Below the pieces are notes generated by a model that worked only from the letters and a program-made list of their open reading frames with translations, was not told where the DNA came from and did not search any database. DNA of 64,000 bases from the human T2T-CHM13v2.0 reference genome, Homo sapiens: the NCBI RefSeq assembly GCF_009914755.1, contig NC_060946.1; one strand, given 5' to 3'. Numbering within the stretch: position 1 is the stretch's first letter; every line of letters starts with the position of its first letter. Below are positions 15,001 to 30,200 of the stretch, one piece after another. The position numbers were made by a program, and so were the translations under genes.

Positions 15001-18000
15001 AAATATCAAAGTACCCAAACTATACATTATATACTGTAAATAAAATATGAAATTACATCAAATATATTTTATATTAGGTACATAAAATATGAAAGTACAT
15101 CAAATATAGATTATATACTGTACATTAAATACCAAAGTACCCCAAATATATATTTTATACTGTACATGAAATATCAAAATACACAAACTATATATTATAT
15201 ACTGTACATAAAATATCAAAGTACCCAAGGTATATATTCTATACTGTACAAAAAATAACAAAGTACCAAAAGCATGTATAATATACTGTACATAAAATAT
15301 GAAAGTACATCAAATATATATTTTATTCTGTACATAAAATATCAAAGTACACCAGATATATATTCTATAGTGTACATAAAATATCAAAGTACCCAAACTA
15401 TACATTATATACTGTACATAAAATATGAAATTACATCAAATATATTTTATATTAGGTACATAAAATATGAAAGTACATCAAATATAGATTATATACTGTA
15501 CATTAAATACCAAATTACCCCAAATATATATTTTATACTGTACATGAAATATCAAATTTCCCAAACTATATATTATATACTGTACATATAATATCAAAGT
15601 ACCCAAGGTATATATTCTATACTGTACAAAAAATAACAAAGTACCAAAAGCATGTATTATATACTGTACCTAAAATATGAAAGTACATCAAATACATATT
15701 TTATTCTGTACATAAAATATCAAAGTACACCAGATATATATTCTATAGTGTACATAAAATATCAAAGTACCCAAACTATACATTATATACTGTACATAAA
15801 ATATGAAATTACATCAAATATATTTTATATTAGGTACATAAAATATGAAAGTACATCAAATATAGATTATATACTGTACATTAAATACCAAAGTACCCCA
15901 AATATATATTTTATACTGTACATGAAATATCAAAATACACAAACTATATATTATATACTGTACATAAAATATCAAAGTACCCAAGGTATATATTCTATAC
16001 TGTACAAAAAATAACAAAGTGCCAAAAGCATGTATAATATACTGTACCTAAAATATGAAAGTACATCAAATATATATTTTATTCTGTACATAAAATATCA
16101 AAGTACACCAGATATATATTCTATAGTGTACATAAAATATCAAAGTACCCAAACTATACATTATATACTGTACATAAAATATGAAATTACATCAAATATA
16201 TTTTATATTAGGTACATAAAATATGAAAGTACATCAAATATAGATTATATACTGTACATTAAATACCAAATTACCCCAAATATATATTTTATACTGTACA
16301 TGAAATATCAAATTTCACAAACTATATATTATATACTGTACATATAATATCAAAGTACCCAAGGTATATATTCTATACTGTACAAAAAATAACAAAGTAC
16401 CAAAAGCATGTATTATATACTGTACCTAAAATATGAAAGTACATCAAATATATATTTTATTCTGTACATAAAATATCAAAGTACACCAGATATATATTCT
16501 ATAGTGTACATAAAATATCAAAGTACCCAAACTATACATTATATACTGTAAATAAAATATGAAATTACATCAAATATATTTTATATTAGGTACATAAAAT
16601 ATGAAAGTACATCAAATATATATTTTATTCTGTACATAAAATATCAAAGTACACCAGATATATATTCTATAGTGTACATAAAATATCAAAGTACCCAAAC
16701 TATACATTATATACTGTACATAAAATATGAAATTACATCAAATATATTTTATATTAGGTACATAAAATATGAAAGTACATCAAATATAGATTATATACTG
16801 TACATTAAATACCAAAGTACCCCAAATATATATTTTATACTGTACAGGAAATATCAAGGTTCACAAACTATATATTATATACTGTACATATAATATCAAA
16901 GTACCCAAGGTATATATTCTATACTGTACAAAAAATAACAAAGTACCAAAAGCATGTATTATATACTGTACCTAAAATATGAAAGTACATCAAATATATA
17001 TTTTATTCTGTACATAAAATATCAAAGTACACCAGATATATATTCTATAGTGTACATAAAATATCAAAGTACCCAAACTATACATTATATACTGTGCATA
17101 AAATATGAAATTACATCAAATATATTTTATATTAGGTACATAAAATATGAAAGTACATCAAATATAGATTATATACTGTACATTAAATACCAAATTACCC
17201 CAAATATATATTTTATACTGTACATGAAATATCAAATTTCCCAAACTATATATTATATACTGTACATATAATATCAAAGTACCCAAGGTATATATTCTAT
17301 ACTGTACAAAAAATAACAAAGTACCAAAAGCATGTATTATATACTGTACCTAAAATATGAAAGTACATCAAATATATATTTTATTCTGTACATAAAATAT
17401 CAAAGTACACCAGATATATATTCTATAGTGTACATAAAATATCAAAGTACCCAAACTATACATTATATACTGTACATAAAATATGAAATTACATCAAATA
17501 TATTTTATATTAGGTACATAAAATATGAAAGTACATCAAATATAGATTATATACTGTACATTAAATACCAAAGTACCCCGAATATATATTTTATACTGTA
17601 CATAAAATATCAAATTTCACAAACTATATATTATATACTGTACATAAAATATCAAAGTACCCAAGGTATATATTCTATACTGTACAAAAAATAACAAAGT
17701 ACCAAAAGCATGTATTATACACTGTATCTAAAATATGAGGAGTACATCAAATACATATTTTATTCTGTACATAAAATAACAAAGTACACCAGATATATAT
17801 TCTATAGTGTACATAAAATATCAAAGTACCCAAACTATACATTACATACTGTACATAAAATATGAAATTACATCAAATATATATTATATTAGGTACATAA
17901 AATATGAAAGTACATGAAATATAGATTATATACTGTAATAAAATATCAAGGTACCCCAAATATATATTATATACTCTACATGAAATATCAAAGTTCACAA

Positions 18001-18600
18001 ACTATATATTATATACTGTACATATAATATCAAAGTACCCAAGGTATATATTCTATACTGTACAAAAAATAACAAAGTACCAAAAGCATGTATTATATAC
18101 TGTACCTAAAATATGAAAGTACATCAAATATATATTTTATTCTGTACATAAAATATCAAAGTACACCAGATATATATTCTATAGTGTACATGAAATATCA
18201 AAGTACCCAAACTATACATTATATACTGTAAATAAAATATGAAATTACATCAAATATATTTTATATTAGGTACATAAAATATGAAAGTACATCAAATATA
18301 GATTATATACTGTACATTAAATACCAAAGTACCCCAAATATATATTTTATACTGTACATGAAATATCAAAATACACAAACTATATATTATATACTGTACA
18401 TAAAATATCAAAGTACCCAAGGTATATATTCTATACTGTACAAAAAATAACAAAGTACCAAAAGCATGTATTATATACTGTACCTAAAATATGAAAGTAC
18501 ATCAAATATATATTTTATTCTGTACATAAAATATCAAAGTACACCAGATATATATTCTATAGTGTACATAAAATATCAAAGTACCCAAACTATACATTAT
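12010..18600 (+). repeat. Subfamily 'B' domain: homogeneous full-length 378-bp units with shared diagnostic variants
   Basis: Nearly every unit carries ATATTTTATATTAGG, CATTAAATACCAAA and AAAAAATAACAAAGTACCAAAAGC, and often CATATAATATC and TACCTAAAA. There is no 37-bp monomer, so the reading frame stays constant from 12010 to 17694. Confidence 0.82.
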
Positions 18601-21600
18601 ATACTGTACATAAAATATGAAATTACATCAAATATATATTATATTAGGTACATAAAATATGAAAGTACATGAAATATAGATTATATACTGTACATAAAAT
18701 ATCAAGGTACCCCAAATATATATTATATACTCTACATAAAATATCAAAGTTCACAAACTATATATTATATACTGTACATAAAATATCAAATACACAAGGT
18801 ATATATTCTATACTGTTCAAAAAATATCAAAGTACCCAAAGCATGTATTATATATTGTACATAAAATATGAAAGTACATCAAATATATATTTTATTCTGT
18901 GCATAAAATACCAAAGTACACCAGATATATATTATATGGTGTACATAAAATATCAATGTACCCAAACTATACATTAAATACTGTACATAAAATATCAAAT
19001 TACATCAAATATATATTATATTAGGTACATAAAATATGAAAGTACATCAAATATATATTTTATTCTGTACATAAAATATCAAAGTACACCAGATATATAT
19101 TCTATAGTGTACATAAAATTACAAAGTACACAAACTATACATTATATACTGTACATAAAATATGAAATTACATCAAATATATATTAGGTACATAAAATAT
19201 GAAAGTACATCAAATATAGATTATATACTGTACATAAAATATCAAAGTACCCCAAATATATATTATATACTCTACATGAAATATCAAAGTTCACAAACTA
19301 TATATTATATACTGTATATAAAATATCAAATTACCCAAGGTATATATTCTATACTGTACAAAAAATATCAAAGTACCCAAAGCATGTATTATATACTGTA
19401 TATAAAATATGAAAGCACATCAAATATATATTTTATTCTGTACATAAAATATCAAAGTACACCAGATATATATTCTATAGTGTACATAAAATATCAAAGT
19501 ACCCAAACTATACATTATATACTGTACATAAAATATGAAATTACATCAAATATATATTATATTAGGTACATAAAATATGAAAGTACATCAAATATAGATT
19601 ATATACTGTACATAAAATATCAAAGTACCCCAAATATATATTATATACTCTACATGAAATATTAAAGTTCACAAACTATATATTATATACTGTACATAAA
19701 ATATCAAAGTACCCAAGGTATATATTCTATAATGTACAAAAAATATCAAAGTACCCAAAGCATGTATTATATCCTGTACATAAAATATGAAAGTACATCA
19801 AGTATATATTTTATTCTGTACATAAAATATCAAAGTACACCAGATATATATTCTATAGTGTACATAAAATATCAAAGTACCCAAACTATACATTATATAC
19901 TGTACATAAAATATGAAATTACATCAAATATATTTTATATTAGGTACATAAAATATGAAAGTACATCAAATATAGATTATATACTGTACATTAAATACCA
20001 AAGTACCCCAAATATATATTTTATACTGTACATGAAATATCAAATTTCACAAACTATATATTATATACTGTACATATAATATCAAAGTACCCAAGGTATA
20101 TATTCTATACTGTACAAAAAATAACAAAATACCAAAAGCATGTATTATATACTGTACATAAAATATGAAAGTACATCAAATATATATTTTATTCTGTACA
20201 TAAAATATCAAAGTACACCAGATATATATTCTATAGTGTACATAAAATATCAAAGTACCCAAACTATACATTATATACTGTAAATAAAATATGAAATTAC
20301 ATCAAATGTATTTTATATTAGGTACATAAAATATGAAAGTACATCAAATATATATTTTATTCTGTACATAAAATATCAAAGTACACCAGATATATATTCT
20401 ATAGTGTACATAAAATATCAAAGTACCCAAACTATAAATTATATACTGTACATAAAATATGAAATTACATCAAATATATTTTATATTAGGTACATAAAAT
20501 ATGAAAGTACATCAAATATAGATTATATACTGTACATTAAATACCAAAGTACCCCAAATATATATTTTATACTGTACAAGAAATATGAAAATACACAAAC
20601 TATATATTATATACTGTACATAAAATATCAAAGTACCCAAGGTATATATTCTATACTGTACAAAAAATAACAAAGTACCAAAAGCATGTATAATATACTG
20701 TACATAAAATATGAAAGTACATCAAATATATATTTTATTCTGTACATAAAATATCAAAGTACACCAGATATATATTCTATAGTGTACATAAAATATCAAA
20801 GTACCCAAACTATACATTATATACTGTACATAAAATATGAAATTACATCAAATATATTTTATATTAGGTACATAAAATATGAAAGTACATCAAATATAGA
20901 TTATATACTGTACATTAAATACCAAAGTACCCCAGATATATATTTTATACTGTACATGAAATATCAAAATACACTAACTATATATTATATACTGTACATA
21001 AAATATCAAAGTACCCAAGGTATATATTCTATACTGTACAAAAAATAACAAAGTACCAAAAGCATGTATAATATACTGTACCTAAAATATGAAAGTACAT
21101 CAAATATATATTTTATTCTGTACATAAAATATCAAAGTACACCAGATATATATTCTATAGTGTACATAAAATATCAAAGTACCCAAACTATACATTATAT
21201 ACTGTACATAAAATATGAAATTACATCAAATATGTTTTATATTAGGTACCTAAAATATGAAAGTACATCAAATATAGATTATATACTGTACATTAAATAC
21301 CAAAGTACCCCAAATATATATTTTATACTGTACATGAAATATCAAATTTCCCAAACTATATATTATATACTGTACATATAATATCAAAGTACCCACAGTA
21401 TATATTCTATACTGTACAAAAAATAACAAAGTACCAAAAGCATGTATTATATACTGTACCTAAAATATGAAAGTACATCAAATATATATTTTATTCTGTA
21501 CATAAAATATCAAAGTACACCAGATATATATTCTATACTGTACATAAAATATCAAAGTACCCAAGGTATATATTCTATACTGTACAAAAAATAACAAAGT

Positions 21601-24600
21601 ACCAAAAGCATGTATAATATACTGTACATAAAATATGAAAGTACATCAAATATATATTTTATTCTGTACATAAAATATCAAAGTACACCAGATATATATT
21701 CTATAGTGTACATAAAATATCAAAGTACCCAAACTATACATTATATACTGTACATAAAATATGAAATTACATCAAATATATTTTATATTAGGTACATAAA
21801 ATATGAAAGTACATCAAATATAGATTATATACTGTACATTAAATACCAAAGTACCCCAAATATATATTTTATACTGTACAGGAAATATCAAGGTTCACAA
21901 ACTATATATTATATACTGTACATATAATATCAAAGTACCCAAGGTATATATTCTATACTGTACAAAAAATAACAAAGTACCAAAAGCATGTATTATATAC
22001 TGTACCTAAAATATGAAAGTACATCAAATATATATTTTATTCTGTACATAAAATATCAAAGTACACCAGATATATATTCTATAGTGTACATAAAATATCA
22101 AAGTACCCAAACTATACATTATATACTGTAAATAAAATATGAAATTACATCAAATATATTTTATATTAGGTACATAAAATATGAAAGTACATCAAATATA
22201 GATTATATACTGTACATTAAATACCAAAGTACCCCAAATATATATTTTATACTGTACATGAAATATCAAAATACACAAACTATATATTATATACTGTACA
22301 TAAAATATCAAAGTACCCAAGGTATATATTCTATACTGTACAAAAAATAACAAAGTACCAAAAGCATGTATAATATACTGTACATAAAATATGAAAGTAC
22401 ATCAAATATATATTTTATTCTGTACATAAAATATCAAAGTACACCAGATATATATTCTATAGTGTACATAAAATATCAAAGTACCCAAACTATACATTAT
22501 ATACTGTACATAAAATATGAAATTACATCAAATATATTTTATATTAGGTACATAAAATATGAAAGTACATCAAATATAGATTATATACTGTACATTAAAT
22601 ACCAAATTACCCCAAATATATATTTTATACTGTACATGAAATATCAAATTTCCCAAACTATATATTATATACTGTACATATAATATCAAAGTACCCAAGG
22701 TATATATTCTATACTGTACAAAAAATAACAAAGTACCAAAAGCATGTATTATATACTGTACCTAAAATATGAAAGTACATCAAATACATATTTTATTCTG
22801 TACATAAAATATCAAAGTACACCAGATATATATTCTATAGTGTACATAAAATATCAAAGTACCCAAACTATACATTATATACTGTACATAAAATATGAAA
22901 TTACATCAAATATATTTTATATTAGGTACATAAAATATGAAAGTACATCAAATATAGATTATATACTGTACATTAAATACCAAAGTACCCCAAATATATA
23001 TTTTATACTGTACATGAAATATCAAAATACACAAACTATATATTATATACTGTACATAAAATATCAAAGTACCCAAGGTATATATTCTATACTGTACAAA
23101 AAATAACAAAGTGCCAAAAGCATGTATAATATACTGTACCTAAAATATGAAAGTACATCAAATATATATTTTATTCTGTACATAAAATATCAAAGTACAC
23201 CAGATATATATTCTATAGTGTACATAAAATATCAAAGTACCCAAACTATACATTATATACTGTACATAAAATATGAAATTACATCAAATATATTTTATAT
23301 TAGGTACATAAAATATGAAAGTACATCAAATATAGATTATATACTGTACATTAAATACCAAATTACCCCAAATATATATTTTATACTGTACATGAAATAT
23401 CAAATTTCACAAACTATATATTATATACTGTACATATAATATCAAAGTACCCAAGGTATATATTCTATACTGTACAAAAAATAACAAAGTACCAAAAGCA
23501 TGTATTATATACTGTACCTAAAATATGAAAGTACATCAAATATATATTTTATTCTGTACATAAAATATCAAAGTACACCAGATATATATTCTATAGTGTA
23601 CATAAAATATCAAAGTACCCAAACTATACATTATATACTGTAAATAAAATATGAAATTACATCAAATATATTTTATATTAGGTACATAAAATATGAAAGT
23701 ACATCAAATATATATTTTATTCTGTACATAAAATATCAAAGTACACCAGATATATATTCTATAGTGTACATAAAATATCAAAGTACCCAAACTATACATT
23801 ATATACTGTACATAAAATATGAAATTACATCAAATATATTTTATATTAGGTACATAAAATATGAAAGTACATCAAATATAGATTATATACTGTACATTAA
23901 ATACCAAAGTACCCCAAATATATATTTTATACTGTACAGGAAATATCAAGGTTCACAAACTATATATTATATACTGTACATATAATATCAAAGTACCCAA
24001 GGTATATATTCTATACTGTACAAAAAATAACAAAGTACCAAAAGCATGTATTATATACTGTACCTAAAATATGAAAGTACATCAAATATATATTTTATTC
24101 TGTACATAAAATATCAAAGTACACCAGATATATATTCTATAGTGTACATAAAATATCAAAGTACCCAAACTATACATTATATACTGTGCATAAAATATGA
24201 AATTACATCAAATATATTTTATATTAGGTACATAAAATATGAAAGTACATCAAATATAGATTATATACTGTACATTAAATACCAAATTACCCCAAATATA
24301 TATTTTATACTGTACATGAAATATCAAATTTCCCAAACTATATATTATATACTGTACATATAATATCAAAGTACCCAAGGTATATATTCTATACTGTACA
24401 AAAAATAACAAAGTACCAAAAGCATGTATTATATACTGTACCTAAAATATGAAAGTACATCAAATATATATTTTATTCTGTACATAAAATATCAAAGTAC
24501 ACCAGATATATATTCTATAGTGTACATAAAATATCAAAGTACCCAAACTATACATTATATACTGTACATAAAATATGAAATTACATCAAATATATTTTAT

Positions 24601-26963
24601 ATTAGGTACATAAAATATGAAAGTACATCAAATATAGATTATATACTGTACATTAAATACCAAAGTACCCCGAATATATATTTTATACTGTACATAAAAT
24701 ATCAAATTTCACAAACTATATATTATATACTGTACATAAAATATCAAAGTACCCAAGGTATATATTCTATACTGTACAAAAAATAACAAAGTACCAAAAG
24801 CATGTATTATACACTGTATCTAAAATATGAGGAGTACATCAAATACATATTTTATTCTGTACATAAAATAACAAAGTACACCAGATATATATTCTATAGT
24901 GTACATAAAATATCAAAGTACCCAAACTATACATTACATACTGTACATAAAATATGAAATTACATCAAATATATATTATATTAGGTACATAAAATATGAA
25001 AGTACATGAAATATAGATTATATACTGTAATAAAATATCAAGGTACCCCAAATATATATTATATACTCTACATGAAATATCAAAGTTCACAAACTATATA
25101 TTATATACTGTACATATAATATCAAAGTACCCAAGGTATATATTCTATACTGTACAAAAAATAACAAAGTACCAAAAGCATGTATTATATACTGTACCTA
25201 AAATATGAAAGTACATCAAATATATATTTTATTCTGTACATAAAATATCAAAGTACACCAGATATATATTCTATAGTGTACATGAAATATCAAAGTACCC
25301 AAACTATACATTATATACTGTAAATAAAATATGAAATTACATCAAATATATTTTATATTAGGTACATAAAATATGAAAGTACATCAAATATAGATTATAT
25401 ACTGTACATTAAATACCAAAGTACCCCAAATATATATTTTATACTGTACATGAAATATCAAAATACACAAACTATATATTATATACTGTACATAAAATAT
25501 CAAAGTACCCAAGGTATATATTCTATACTGTACAAAAAATAACAAAGTACCAAAAGCATGTATTATATACTGTACCTAAAATATGAAAGTACATCAAATA
25601 TATATTTTATTCTGTACATAAAATATCAAAGTACACCAGATATATATTCTATAGTGTACATAAAATATCAAAGTACCCAAACTATACATTATATACTGTA
25701 CATAAAATATGAAATTACATCAAATATATATTATATTAGGTACATAAAATATGAAAGTACATGAAATATAGATTATATACTGTACATAAAATATCAAGGT
25801 ACCCCAAATATATATTATATACTCTACATAAAATATCAAAGTTCACAAACTATATATTATATACTGTACATAAAATATCAAATACACAAGGTATATATTC
25901 TATACTGTTCAAAAAATATCAAAGTACCCAAAGCATGTATTATATATTGTACATAAAATATGAAAGTACATCAAATATATATTTTATTCTGTGCATAAAA
26001 TACCAAAGTACACCAGATATATATTATATGGTGTACATAAAATATCAATGTACCCAAACTATACATTAAATACTGTACATAAAATATCAAATTACATCAA
26101 ATATATATTATATTAGGTACATAAAATATGAAAGTACATCAAATATATATTTTATTCTGTACATAAAATATCAAAGTACACCAGATATATATTCTATAGT
26201 GTACATAAAATTACAAAGTACACAAACTATACATTATATACTGTACATAAAATATGAAATTACATCAAATATATATTAGGTACATAAAATATGAAAGTAC
26301 ATCAAATATAGATTATATACTGTACATAAAATATCAAAGTACCCCAAATATATATTATATACTCTACATGAAATATCAAAGTTCACAAACTATATATTAT
26401 ATACTGTATATAAAATATCAAATTACCCAAGGTATATATTCTATACTGTACAAAAAATATCAAAGTACCCAAAGCATGTATTATATACTGTATATAAAAT
26501 ATGAAAGCACATCAAATATATATTTTATTCTGTACATAAAATATCAAAGTACACCAGATATATATTCTATAGTGTACATAAAATATCAAAGTACCCAAAC
26601 TATACATTATATACTGTACATAAAATATGAAATTACATCAAATATATATTATATTAGGTACATAAAATATGAAAGTACATCAAATATAGATTATATACTG
26701 TACATAAAATATCAAAGTACCCCAAATATATATTATATACTCTACATGAAATATTAAAGTTCACAAACTATATATTATATACTGTACATAAAATATCAAA
26801 GTACCCAAGGTATATATTCTATAATGTACAAAAAATATCAAAGTACCCAAAGCATGTATTATATCCTGTACATAAAATATGAAAGTACATCAAGTATATA
26901 TTTTATTCTGTACATAAAATATCAAAGTACACCAGATATATATTCTATAGTGTACATAAAATA
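12711..26963 (+). repeat. Near-perfect tandem duplication with 7,092-bp period
   Basis: ORFs 13312/20404, 13594/20686 and onward to 19162/26254 have identical translations and a 7092 offset. Rare markers GAGGAGTAC (~17737/24829) and GTGCCAAAAG are duplicated. First flanking mismatches are at 12710/19802 and 19872/26964. Confidence 0.9.
19900..25700 (+). repeat. Subfamily 'B' domain (second copy, inside the 7,092-bp duplication)
   Basis: Same diagnostic variants as 12010-18600. Confidence 0.8.
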
Positions 26964-27260
26964 ACAAGGTACACAAACTATACATTATATACTGTACATA
27001 AAATATGAAATTACATCAAATATATATTAGGTACATAAAATATGAAAGTACCTCAAATATAGGTTATATACTGTACATAAAATATCAAAGTACCCCAAAT
27101 ATATATTATATACTCTACATGAAATATCAAAGTTCACAAACTATATATTATATACTGTACATAAAATATCAAAGTACCCAAAGTATATATTCTATACTGT
27201 ACAAAAAATATCAAAGTACCCAAAGCATGTATTATATACTGTACATAAAATATGAAAGTT

Positions 27261-30200
27261 CATCAAATATATATTTTATTCTGTACATAAAATATCAAAG
27301 TACACCAGATATATATATCTATAGTGTACATAAAATATCAAAGTATGCAAACTATACATTATATACAGTACATAAAATATGAAATCACATCAAATATATA
27401 TTATATTAGGTACATAAAATATGAAAGTACATCAAATATAGATTATATACTGTACATTAAATACCAAAGTACCCCAAATATATATTTTATACTGTACATG
27501 AAATATCAAAGTTCACAAACTATATGTTATATACTGTACATAAAATATCAAAGTACCCGAGGTATATATTCTATACAGTACAAAAAATATCAAAGTACCC
27601 AAAGCATGTATTATATACTGTACATAAAATATGAAAGTACATCAAATATATATTTTATTCTGTACATAAAATATCAAAGTACACCAGATATATATTCTAT
27701 AGTGTACATAAAATATAAAAGTACCCAAACTATACATTATATACTGTACATAAAATATGAAATTACATCAAATATATTTTATATTAGGTACATAAAATAT
27801 GAAAGTACATCAAATATAGATTATATACTGTACATTAAATACCAAAGTACCCCAAATATATATTTTGTACTGTACATGAAATATCAAAGTTCACAAACTA
27901 CATATTATATACTGTACATATAATATCAAAGTACCCGAGGTATATATTCTATACTGTACAAAAAATAACAAAGTACCAAAAGCATGTAATATATACTGTA
28001 CCTAAAATATGAAAGTACATCAAATATATATTTTATTCTTTACATAAAATATCAAAGTACACCAGATATATATTCTATAGTGTACATAAAATATCAAAGT
28101 ACCCAAACTATACATTATATACTGTACATAAAATATGAAATTACATCAAATATATATTAGGTACATAAAATATGAAAGTACATCAAATATAGATTATATA
28201 CTGTACATAAAATATCAAAGTACCCCAAATATATATTATATACTGTACATGAAATATCAGAGTTCACAAACTATATATTATATACTGTACATAAAATATC
28301 AAAGTACCCAAGGTATATATTCTATACTGTACAAAAAATATCAAAGTACCCAAAGCATGTATTATATACTGTACATAAAATATGAAAGTACATCAAATAT
28401 ATATTTTATTCTGTACATAAAATATCAAAGTACACCAGATATATATTCTATAGTGTACATAAAATAACAAAGTACAAAAACTATAAAATACATACTGTAC
28501 ATAAAATATGAAATTACATCAAATATATATTAAGTACATAAAATATGAAAGTACATCAAATATAGATTATATACTGTACATAAAATATCAATGTACCCCA
28601 AATATATATGTTATACTCTACATGAAATATCAAAGTTCACAAACCATATATTATATACTGTACATAAAATATCAAAGTACCCAAGTTATATATTCTATAA
28701 TATACAAAAAATATCAAAGTACCCAAAGCATGTATTATATACTGTACATAAAATATGAAAGTACATCAAATATATATTTTATTCTTTACATAAAATATCA
28801 AAGTACACCAGATATATATTCTATAGTGTACATAAAATATCAAAGTACCCAAACTATACATTATATACTGTACATAAAATATGAGATTACATCAAATATA
28901 TATTATATTAGGTACATAAAATATGAAAGTACATCAAATATAGATTATATACTGTACATAAAATATCAAAGTACCCCAAATATATATTTTATACTCGACA
29001 TGAAATATCAAAGTTCAGAAACCATATCTTATATACTGTACATAAAATATCAAAGTACCCAAGGTATATATTCTATACTGTACAAAAAATATCAAAGTAC
29101 CCTAATCAAGTATTATATACTGTACATAAAATATGAAAGTACATCAAATATATATTTTATTCTGTACATAAAATATCAAAGTACACCAGATATATATTCT
29201 ATAGTGTACATAAAATATCAAAGTACCCAAACTATACATTATATACTGTACATAAAATATGAAATTACATCAAATATATATTATATTAGGTACATAAAAT
29301 ATGAAAGTACATCAAATATATATTATATACTGTACATAAAATATCAAAGTACCCAAATATATATTACATACTCTACATGAAATATCAAAGTTCACAAACT
29401 ATATATTATATACTGTACATAAAATGTCAAAGTACCGAAGGTATATATTCTATATTGTACAAAAAATATCAATGTACCCAAAGCATGTATTATATACTGT
29501 ATATAAAATATGAAATTACATCAAATATATATTATATTCTGTACATAAAATATCAAAGTATACCAGATATATATTCTAGAGTGTACATAAAATATCAAAG
29601 TACCCAAACTATACATTATATACTGTACATAAAATATGAAATTGCATCAAATATATATTAGGTACATAAAATATGAAAGTACATCAAATATAGATTATAT
29701 ACTGTACATAAAATATCAAAGTACCCCAAATATACATTATATAGTCTACATGAAATATCAAAATACACAAACTATATATTATATAGTGTACTTAAAATAT
29801 CAAAGTACCCAAGGTATGTATTCTATACTGTACAAAAAATATCAAAGTTCCCAAAGTAAGTATTATATACCGTACATAAAATATGAAAGTACATCAAATA
29901 TATATTTTATTCTCTACATAAAATATGAAAGTACACAAGATATATATTTTATATATAATATAAATACATAAGTACACAAAATATCAAAGTACACAAACTA
30001 TATATTATGTACTGTACATAAAATATGAAATTTCATCAAATATATATTAGGTACATAAAATATGAAAGTACATCAAATATAGATTGTATACTGTACATAA
30101 AATATCAAAGTACACCAAATATATATTATATACTGAACATGAAATATCAAAGTTCACAAACTATATATTATATACTGTACATAAAATATCAAAGTACCCA

